DNA of 64,000 nucleotides from Leucoraja erinacea (Eukaryota): NCBI RefSeq assembly GCF_028641065.1, contig NC_073401.1, positions 24,304,001 to 24,368,000 of the forward strand, read 5' to 3'. Shown piece by piece: positions 42,632 to 53,305 of this stretch (position 1 is its first letter; each line of letters starts with the position of its first letter). The notes under the pieces were generated by a model. It saw only the letters and a program-made list of their open reading frames with translations, ran no database searches and was not told where the DNA came from. The position numbers and the translations under genes were made by a program.

Positions 42632-44034
42632 ATGTTGGGGCTACTTCTGGTACTTCTGCTCCCAGGTAACGTGTCTCTCCCCCGCCTCAGCCTTGCCTTG
42701 GATGTTGCTCGCTTGATGTTCTAACGTGTTTGTTTCTGTCAGGTTGCCTCCCCCCTGGTGTAGCCGGCGGTGACACTGAGTCCCTTCAGCCCAGAGACCT
42801 CTGGCGGTTCAACAAGTTGATTAAGTGCGCCATACCAGGGAGCATCCCACTTTTAACCTTCAACAACTACGGATGTTACTGCGGGCTTGGTGGACAGGGG
42901 GAACCGGTGGATGATCTGGACAGGTGGGTCAATGCAGAGGTCTGTCTGGAGCCGGGTCACACACATTGCAGGCCAGGGCTGGCTCTGGCCCAGACAATAG
43001 TTTGTCTACATTTACTGAAGCTGCAGGATTGAACCTTCACTGCAGGCCGTTCATTCTTCACATTCAGAATATCCCAATAGATTTTCCCATGAGCTGTGAA
43101 ATGTATGTTTTATGAAATATTCTTGGGTGCCACTGACTTATTGTCGCCTAGGGTTTGGAGCCATTCTAGTTTACAGATACAGTATGGAAACAGGCCATTT
43201 GGCCCATCGGGTCCATGCCAACCATCGTTCACACTAGTCACAGTCCCGGCACACAAGGGGTAATTTACAGAGCACAATTAACCTACAAACCCACACGTCT
43301 TTGGGGTATGGGGGGGGGAAACTGGAGCACCTGAGTTTAGCACCTGAGGAAACTCATTGGGTCACAGGGAGAACGTGCAAACTCCACACAGATATGACCC
43401 GAGGTCTGGATTGAACCCGGGTAACAGCAACTCTACCGCTGCGCCACCGTGCCGCCCTCACTGTTCCTGCCTGACTTCAGGCAGCTCCTGGTTGCAAGCA
43501 TTCCCATCCCACAATGAGTCTCCCACCCCACCGCCCACAGGTCCAATGTGGATCTCAAACCTGCTCAGGCTGGTTCCGCTCTGATCACCTCGGGACTATT
43601 TTGCTGCATATGATGTTTGTGCTGCTGCAAACCATCAGTCAAAGTGTTGTGTTGATCATGGTTGCAGTGTTTCCTACCTGACATGACCCATGTTTTTGCA
43701 GGTGCTGTCAGACACACGACAAATGTTATGGCGCGGCTTCGAAAATGGGCTGCACATTTCTCAAGAACCCCAAAGCTGTGGGCTACAAGTTCACCTGTTC
43801 AGAAAAGACCGTCACTTGCGACAGTGAGTATGGTCCAGGAGATGCTTGGAAAATTCTTTTCTTCACAATCCATGGGCAATATGTTCTAAATAATGCGTTT
43901 TCTGTTTCTTTTCAGGTAAAAATAATAAATGTGCGAAGTTTGTCTGTGAATGTGATAGCAATGCGGCCGCTTGCTTCGCCAAAGCATTTCCCACGTACAA
44001 TCCAAAATACAAGGGTATGAAGAAATGTAAATAG
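42632..44034 (+). CDS. PLA2G1B: Group IB secretory phospholipase A2, copy 3 (inverted); exons 42632-42665, 42743-42923, 43702-43823, 43916-44034; 151 aa
   Basis: Same exon sizes. Mature [122 protein letters not shown]; intact frame. Confidence 0.95.
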
Positions 44035-44245
44035 GGCCTCAACGTGTCCCTGCGTTTACGAGTCTCCTCGACTCTGTGGGGAATACTTGCCTTACAGGTT
44101 GCATCCTGCAGTTTGCTTCCAGCAACTCGAGGGACCATAGATCGATCTCCTTATTTGTTACAATGATCGTATCTAATGGTCATTCTTAATGACATTGTCT
44201 GTGGCTCAGTTAACGAAGGTGGTGGTCGTGTATTTTCTATAATCT

Positions 44246-44251
44246 ATTAAA
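44246..44251 (+). terminator. Candidate polyadenylation signal of PLA2 copy 3 (equivalents 23426-23431 and 33994-33999 on minus)
   Basis: ATTAAA followed by a TG/T-rich tract, conserved in all three copies. Confidence 0.45.
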
Positions 44252-44519
44252 ATGATTTGAGCATGTTCAAGATTGCATGGTGTCTCATTTCTTGTGTCTC
44301 ACTCTTGTGTCAAACCACAAATGTCACAGCAAGAAAGAACCGTCAAAGCAAGTATGGGCTGGGACTTCTCTTGGATCTTCTCCATTCAACTGGCAAACAT
44401 AACCTGTACCTGACAGGACACCAAGCGCTGGAGTAACTCATTGAGTCGTTGCATCTCTGTGATATGTGACATTTTGGGTTGGGATTCTTAGTTGAGTTAA
44501 GATTAGTTTAGTTTAGGTT

Positions 44520-46705
44520 AGACTCTACATATCAGGTCAATCTACATATAGATTGGGTGAATCAAATTGGCAGGGGTGCTGAGGAAGAGGATTTCTCGGA
44601 ATGTATGCAGGATAGTTTTCTAAACCAACATGTAGAAGAACCAACAAGAGAGCAGTCTATTCTAGACTGGGTATTGAGTAATGAGGAAGGGTTAGTTAGC
44701 AGTCTTGTTGTGCGTGGCCCCTTGGGCAAGAGTGACCATAATATGGTTCAGTTCTTCATTAGGATGGAGAGTGACATTGTTAATTCAGAAACAAGGGTCC
44801 TGAACTTAAAGAAAGGTGACTTTGAGGGTATGAGACGTGAATTGGCCAAGATAGACTGGCAAATGATTCTTAAAGGGTTGACGGTGGATATGCAATGGAA
44901 GGCATTTACAAACTGCATGGATGAACTACAACAAGTGTTCATCCCAGTTGGGCAAAATAATAAATCAGGGAAGGTAGTGCATCCGTGGATAACAAGGGAA
45001 ATCAGGGATAGTATCAAAACAAAAGATGAAGCCTACAAATTAGCCAGAACAAGCAGCCTACCAGAGGACTGGGAGAAATTCAGTCCAGCAGAGGAGGACA
45101 AAAGACTTAATTAGGAAAGGGAAAATAGAATATGAAAGAAAACTGGCAGGGAACATAAAAACTGACTGCAAAAGTTTTTATAGATATGTGAAGAGGAAAA
45201 GATTAATTAAAACAAATGTAGGTCCCTTGCAGTCAGAAACAGGCGAATTGATCAGCCATGATCATATTAAATGGCGGTGCAGGCTCGAAGGGCCGAATGG
45301 CCTACTCCTGCACCTAATTTCTATGTTTCTATGGAACAAGGACATGGCAGACCAATTGAATAACTACTTTGGTTCTGTCTTCACTAAGGAAGATATAAAT
45401 AATCTGCCGGAAATAGCAAGCGACCAGGGGTTAAATGAGATGGAGGAACTGAGTGAAATCCAGGTTAGCCAGGACGTGGCGTTAGGTAAATGGAATGGAT
45501 TAAAGGCCGATAAATACCCAGGGACAGATAAGTTGCATCCCAGAGTACTTAAGGAAGTAGCCGCAGAAATAGTGGATGCATTAGTGATAATTTTTCAAAA
45601 CTCTTTAGATTCTGGAGATTAGTATACAAACTTAAAGCACACAGTATTGGGGGTTCAGTATTGATGTGGATAGAGAACTGGCTAGCAGACAGGAGCAAAG
45701 AGTAGGAGTAAAGGGGTCCTTTTCATAATGGCAGGCAGTGACTAGTGGGGTACCGCAAGGCTCAGTGCTGGGACCCCAGCTATTTACAATATATATTAAT
45801 GATCTGGATGAGGGAATTGAATGCAACATCTCCAAGTTTGCGGATGACACGAAGCTGGGGGGCAGTGTTTGCTGTGAGGAGGATGCTAGGAGGCTGCAAG
45901 GTGACTTGGATAGGTTGGGTGAGTGGGCAAATGCATGGCAGATGCAGCATAATGTGGATAAATGTGAGGTTATCCACTTTGGTGGCAAAAACAAGAAAGT
46001 AGACTATTATCTGAATGGTGGCCGATTAGGAAAAGGGGAGATGCAACGAGACCTGGGTGTCATGGTACACCAGTCATTGAAAGTAGGAATGCAGGTGCAG
46101 CAGGCAATGAAGAAAGCAAATGGTATGTTAGCATTCATAGCAAAAGGATTTGAGTATAAGAGCAGGGAGGTTCTACTGCAGTTATACAGGGTCTTGGTGG
46201 GACCACACCTGGAGTATTGCATACAGTTTTGGTCTCCTAATCTGAGGAAAGACATTCTTGCCATAGAGGGAGTACAGAGAAGGTTCACCAGACTGATTCC
46301 TGGGATGGAGGGGGGATCTTATAGAAACTTACAAAATTCTTAAGGGGTTGGACAGGCTAGATGCAGGAAGATTATTCCCGATGTTGGGGAAGTCCAGAAC
46401 TAGGGGTCACAGTTTAAGGATAAGAGGGAAGTCTTTTAGGACCGAGATGAGAAAATCATTTTTTAGACAGAGAGTGGTGAATCTGTGGAATTCTCTGCCA
46501 CAGAAGGTAGTTGAGGCCAGTTCATTGGCTATATTTAAGAGGGAGTTAGATGTGGCCCTTGTGGCTAAAGGGATCAGGGGGAATGGAGAGAAGGCAGGGA
46601 TGGGATACTGAGTTGGATGATCAGCCATGATCATATCGAATGGCGGTGCAGGCTCGAAGGGCCGAATGGCCTACTCCTGCACCTATTTTCTATGTTTCTA
46701 TGTTT
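44520..46705 (+). mobile_element. CR1 LINE ORF2 with internal deletions and a nested short CR1 3' end at ~45250-45333
   Basis: Endonuclease C-terminus, SGVPQGSVLGP, FADD; sequence jumps at ~45617 and ~46308; TTTCTATG tail. Confidence 0.92.
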
Positions 46706-47029
46706 AGAGATGCAACGTGGAAACAGGCCCTTTAACCCACCAAGTCCACGCTGATCAGTGATCACCGCACACTATCCCACACCCAAGGGGCAATTTACGG
46801 AAGCCAATTAACCAGCTGGTCTAAACCAGCATCTGCACTTTCTTCCTTCAATGTACAATGGCCAATTTCTATCCTACACTCATAAGGACAATATTACTGA
46901 AACCAATTAACCTAAAGACTCTGCACATCAACTGGAGCACCAGGAGAAGTCCCACACAGTCACAGGGAGAAGGTACAAACTCCTTACAGCAGCGCCCATG
47001 GTCAGGATCAAACATGGGTCTCTGGCTAG

Positions 47030-49050
47030 ATTGATAGACCACTGGGATTTCTTCTGAGGTAAGGGTGACTTGTACAAAAGCGGCGGGTTACACATTAACT
47101 GGAGGGGGACCAATGTTCTGGCAGGCAGGTTTGCTAGTGCTACAGGTGCGGTTTGAAACTAAATAGTGGGAGGGAGGGATTAACAAATTGGGAGTATAAA
47201 GATGGAGTTGAAGGGGAAGTGAGTACAGGAACAGTTATAAAAGATTTCAGAATTAATGGGAAGGTAAGTTGGAGAAGGGATAAGAGAGTAAGGTCAGGGC
47301 CAATTGCGAGCGGTGTGAGAGGGGAGGTGAATACCGAGGTCAAAGTGTTGAATATGAATGCGCGAAGTATAAGAAATAAAGTGGACGAGCTTGAGGCTCA
47401 GTTAGAAATTGGAAGTATGATGTTGTGGGAATTACAGAGACATGACTGCAAGAGGGCCAGGGTTGGGTACTGAATATTCAAGGGTATACCTCCTATCGAA
47501 AAGACAGACAGGTGCGCAGAGGGGTTGGGGTAGCTGTTGGTAAGGAATGAAATGCAAGGGGTGACATTGAAACAGGAGATGTGGAGTCAGTATGGATAGA
47601 ACTAAGGAATTGTAAGGGTAAAAATACCCTAATGGGACTTATCTACAGGCCCCCAAACAGTAGCCTGAATATAGGGTGCAAGTTGAATCAGGAGTTAATA
47701 TTGGCCTGTAGTAAAGGTAATGCCACGGTTGTTATGGGAGATTTCAACATGCAGATAGACGGGAAAAATCAGGTTGGTACTGGACCCCATGAAAGGGAGT
47801 TTGTGGAGTGCCTCCGTGATGGATCCTTAGAGTAGCTTGTATTGGAGCCTACTAGGGAGAAAGCAATCCTGGATTTAATGTTATGTAATGAACCGGAATT
47901 GATAAAAGAACTTGAGGTTAAGGAGCCATTAGGAGGTAATGACCATAATATGATAAGTTTTAATCTACAATTGGAGAGGGAAAAGGGTAAATCGGAGGCA
48001 TCAGTGTTACAGTTGAATTAAGGGGACTATGGAGCCATGAGAGAGGAGCTGGCCAAAGTTGACTGGAAAGATACCCTAGCAGGGATGACAGTGGAACAAC
48101 AATGGCAGGTATTATACAATAATACAATACAATACAATTTAATTGTCATTTGAACCCCATTGAGGTTCAAACGAAATGTTGTTTCTGCAGTCATACACAC
48201 AAGAAAGAACCAAGGCACAACACAATTTACACAAACATACATCACAGCACATCTCCTCCTCGCTGTGATGGAAGGCAAAGACTTATCTCTCCCCTGCACT
48301 CCCCATTCCCCTCCCGATGTCAGAGTCAAAGCCCCCTGCGGGCGATGGTAATTGTCCCGCGGCCATTTACGCCGCGCCGGGTGATGCAAGGCCGCACTCC
48401 GGGTCTTGTTGTTGGAGCCCCCGGCGGGTGCTAGCAAAGTCCCTCAGCCAATCCAAGCCGCACGGGGCGATGATGTAAGGCCCCGCTCCAGGTAATCTTC
48501 AACCCCACAACTCGGGCGGGTGAAGTCGCCGTTGCGGAAGCCCCGAAAAGCGGTCTCCCAGCAGGGACCCGCGGTGTTCCTGTCTGGCAGACCTGTGGTT
48601 GGAGCCTCCGAATCTCCGGGGTCGGGTCGCAGCAGCTCGCCTCCACCGCTCCTCCCGCTCCAAACTCGGCCAGCTCCATGATGGTGAGTAGGTCCACAGG
48701 CTCCGCGACTGGAGCCCCAGGTCGTTCCTGCTGGAGGCCGCACCACGGTGCTAGGCCCCAATGACAACGGAGACCCGACAGAGAAAAAGTCGGGTTCTCC
48801 ATGCAAGGGATAGATTTTTAAAGTTTACCCCCCCCCCCCACACACATCCCCACACACATACACAAAAATAAATAAAAACTACATTTCAAACGAGACTAAA
48901 AATAATAAAAAGACAGACGGACTGCAGACGCCGCTGCGACGTTAGTTGCGCCGCCCACTGATTATTCTAGGAATAATACAGAAGGTCCAGGATCAGTTCA
49001 TTCCAAAGAGGAAGAAAGGTTCCAAGGGGAGTAAGGGGCGACCGTGGCTG
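47030..49050 (+). mobile_element. CR1 fragment (ORF1 end and ORF2 endonuclease), interrupted at ~48113-48960
   Basis: MNARSIRNK, IYRPP, MGDFN motifs; frameshifted. Confidence 0.85.
48113..48960 (-). mobile_element. Non-autonomous retroelement with (TTGTA)n tail; relatives at 52340-53181 and 62218-63118
   Basis: Interrupts CR1 coding sequence; shared head ggcggcgcgact..cagcggc.tctgcag and simple-repeat tail; family not identified. Confidence 0.6.
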
Positions 49051-51405
49051 ACAATACCGATACCAGCGTATCGGTATTAGATACTAGACCAAGTGCCTAC
49101 CCGTTGGGTCTGTTCCTGCAACGCGCGGTTGCAAGGGGGGGCAGTCTGATGTCATCGCGCAACGCCACGCGCTAGGCGTACGCCATCAAGACGCTGCATA
49201 CAATGTCAAGATGCTGCGACGCCCTCAATGCGCCTGCATTGACGCGCGGGATTTTCGGACAGTACAAGCCCGCGAGGACGGCAAAAAGCAGCGGGGGACC
49301 AGCCGATCTGTGTCTTCTGCCAGCGTGACAGAGCCGGGCGGGGGCAGTTTGGGGGGGGGGGGGAAGTGTTGGCGTTTTAGTAGGAGAGTCGGGCGGCAGC
49401 GGCCGTTATGGTAGCTGGCCAGCAGGAGGCGACAAAATTAGTGATGGGGCGGGGGGGGGGGGAAGGATTTTATTTTTAAATGTGTAGATTAAAACGACGA
49501 AATTTAAAGAGGATTGATTTGCGAATGTAAAAGTGAGATGTCTTGATTCTTTGGTCCGCCAAAACTACAGGCAAAAACGCTGAGATATTTTTCATTTCAC
49601 TAGTCATTTCACTTTCACAGAGTGGGGGAGGGAGGGGAAGAGAGAGGGTGGGGGTGGGAGAGGCGTGGGGTAAGGGGATAGAAGTGGAAGAATGGTGATG
49701 GGAGGGGTAGGGGGAGTGGTGAAAAGATGTACAGGAGGGGTAAGGGGGAATTGGGTGGCGTAGCGAGGGTAAATTTGGGGGGTGGTGAGAAGAGAGGATG
49801 TGGTTGGGAGAGGGAGAGGGGTGGGGAGAGGGAAACATATAAATTAAGGGTGGCAGGAGTCATGCCAGTAAGTCCATTTGAGCCGGACCATTTTTGGCCT
49901 GCACCACCATTCATTATGACCACTGGCTGATCAAAATCCACCCTCAGTTATCCTGTATTCCTGCCTTCTCTCCATACCCCCCCTTAACCCTTTAGCCACA
50001 CGGCCCACATCTAACCCCTCCCTCTTAAATATAGCCAATGAACTGGCCTCAACTAACCTTCCATGGCACAGAATTCCAGGGATTTCACCATTCTCTGTGT
50101 GAAAAATGTTTTCCCTCATCTCGGTCCTAAAAGATTTCCCCCTTATCATTAAACTGTGACCCCTTTTTCTGGACTTCCCCAACATCGGGAGCAATCTTCC
50201 TGCATCTAGCCTGTCCAACCCCTTAAGAATTTTTGTAAGTTTCAATAAGATCCTCCCTCAATCTTCTAAATTCTAGCGTTGTACAAGCCGAGCCTATCCA
50301 GTTCTTTTTTCTTCATTTGAAAGTCCTGACATCCCAGGATCAGTCTGAGAGAACCTTCTCATTACTCCCGACATTTTTCTGGTTTTCCTCTAATTTAATA
50401 AAATGTGCAAAGTCTTCTTCATATCGATTTTCAGGGGGTGTTTATATAAATATTTTTAAACAATATGTGACAATTTCATATATAGTTTGGTGACTCTGGT
50501 TCCCGAAACTGCTGAATAATACCTCCTTCGGGGCGCTCACAGCCTATTCTCTGTACTCTCCAATATGGCAATCAATTTTATTTGAACATTGGGGCTTGTT
50601 ACATCACCTCTATTGAACTTTCACCTCGGGTCTGTGGGCTGTCCTGCAACGGCATATGTACATGAATCCCATCCTATTGGCTGCTGCGGGCTGGTGCTAG
50701 GCTTCTCTGTGAGTGTGAATCTGGCCAGTGGTCGTTTTTGGAAATATTCGTGTTGGTGGGGGGGGAGCGGGGGGGGGGGTGAAGGATTTGATTAAAAAGT
50801 GTACTCACACCAACCACGCTAAAGTAATTAGAGCGGATTCGACAGTCCTCTTTAGAACAAGTCACTAACTGCGACATCTTCTCTTCACGCGAACGGTTGG
50901 AAAAGGACGCTCGAGCGATTCTGCGTCCGTTTCGGAGTTCGGAGTAATCAAGGACGAAAACGGTGCACGGAAAGCCGTACATGTCAAAGGGATCCATTCG
51001 GTCGATGGACGTCGCGCTGAGCATCGGGGGCTTTTGACATTCTTGTCAATGCATGGGCTGGAACTAAAAGAAGAAAAAAAAAAGTTAAAACTCATAAAAA
51101 AGATCGGAAAGGCATGCAGAGGATTCCTTACTGCAGAGCAGGGACTGCTTTGAGTTTTAATATAATAGACTACGTAGACTAGACCGTGCAGACCGCTTGG
51201 TTCGGTTTCCCCCAACCAGCGTTTGCGTGGGGGGGGGGTTGGTGGGAGGGGGAGTAGTGGCTGCGGCTTCACACTCAAGATATAACCACCCCCAAATCTC
51301 ACAGGTTGGGGAGGGGAAGCAGGGGGGTGGGGTGAGAAAGGGGAGGGGAGGGTATAGGGATGCGGAGGACATCTGACAGATTTGGGAGAATATAGCGGGT
51401 AGTAT

Positions 51406-51505
51406 NNNNNNNNNNNNNNNNNNNNNNNNNNNNNNNNNNNNNNNNNNNNNNNNNNNNNNNNNNNNNNNNNNNNNNNNNNNNNNNNNNNNNNNNNNNNNNN
51501 NNNNN
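51406..51505. other. Assembly gap (100 N)
   Basis: Run of N. Confidence 1.
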
Positions 51506-53305
51506 ACTTGCTGAGCGGTGTGAGAGGGGTAGGTGAATACGAGGTCAAGTGTGTGGGGTGTTGAATATGGAATGGCGAACGATAAGAAATAAAGGGACGA
51601 GTGGGATCAGTAGAAAATTGGAAGATGCTGTTGTGGGATTACAGAGACATGACTGCAAGAGGCCCCGGGTTGTGTACTGCCTATTCAAGGGTTCTAAACT
51701 TCCTGTCAGAAAAGACAGACAGGTGCGCAGAGGGGTTGGGGTAGTAGCTGTTGGTAAGGAATGAAATGCAAGGGGGTGGTGACATGAAACAGGAGATGGG
51801 GGAGTCAGTATGGATAGAAACTAAGGAATTGTAAGGGTAAAAATACCCTAATGGGGATTATCTACAGGCCCCCAAACAGTAGCTCTGAATATAGGGTGCA
51901 GTTGAAGCAGGAGTTAATATGGCCTGTAGTAAAGGTGAATGCCACGGTTGTTATGGGAGATTTCAACATGGCAGATAGACGGGAAACAAATCAGGTTGGT
52001 ACTGGACCCATGAAAAGGGGAGTTTGTGGATAGTGCCTCAAGTGATGGATCCTTAGGGATAGCTGTGTATTGAGCCTACTAGGGAGAAAGCAATCCTGGA
52101 TTTAATGTTATGTAATGAACCGGAATTGATAAAAGAACTTGAGGTTAAGGAGCCATTAGGAGTAATGACCATAATATGATAAGTTTTTTTAATCTACAAT
52201 TGGAGAGGGAAAAGGGAAATCGGAGGCATCAGTGTTACAGTTGAATTAAGGGGACTTTGGAGCCATGAGAGAGGAGCTGGCCAAAGTTGACTGGAAAGAT
52301 ACCCTAGCAGGGATGACAGTGGAACAACAATGGCAGGTATTATACAATAATACAATACAATACAATGTATTTGTCATTTGAACCCCATTGAGAAATGTTG
52401 TTTCTGCAGTCATACACACAAGAAAGATCCAAGACACAACACAATTTACACAAACATCCACCACAGCACAGCGCATTTCCTCCTCGCTGTGATGGAAGGC
52501 AAAGACTTCTCTCCCCTGCACTCTCCATTCCCCTCCCGATGTCAGAGTCAAAGCCCCCTGCGGGCGATGGTAATTGTCCCGCGGCCATTTACGCCGCGCC
52601 GGGTGATGCAAGGCCGCGCTCCGGGTCTTGTTGTTGGAGCCCCCGGCGGGTGCTAGCAAAGTCCCTCAGCCAATCCAAGCCGCACGGGGCGATGATGTAA
52701 GGCCCCGCTCCAGGTAATCTTCAACCCCACAACTCGGGCGGGTGAAGTCGCCGTTGCGGAAGCCCCGAAAAGCGGTCTCCCAGCAGGGACCCGCGGTGTT
52801 CCTGTCTGGCAGACCTGTGGTTGGAGCCTCCGAATCTCCGGGGTCGGGTCGCAGCAGCTCGCCACCACCGCTCCTCCCGCTCCAAACTCGGCCAGCTCCA
52901 TGATGGTGAGTAGGTCCACAGGCTCCGCGACTGGAGCCCCAGGTCGTTCCTGCTGGAGGACGCACCACGGTGCTAGGCCCCAATGACAACGGAGACCCGA
53001 CAGAGAAAAAGTCGGGTTCTCCATGCAAGGGATAGATTTTTAAAGTTTACCCCACCCCCCACACACATACCCACACACATACACAAAAAAATAAATAAAA
53101 ACTACATTCAAACGAGACTAAAAATAATAAAAAGACAGACGGACTGCAGACGCCGCTGCGACGTTAGTCGCGCCGCCCACTGATTATTCTAGGAATAATA
53201 CAGAAGGTCCAGGATCAGTTCATTCCAAAGAGGAAGAAAGGTTCCAAGGGGAGTAAGGGGCGACCGTGGCTGACAATACCGATACCAGCGTATCGGTATT
53301 AGATA

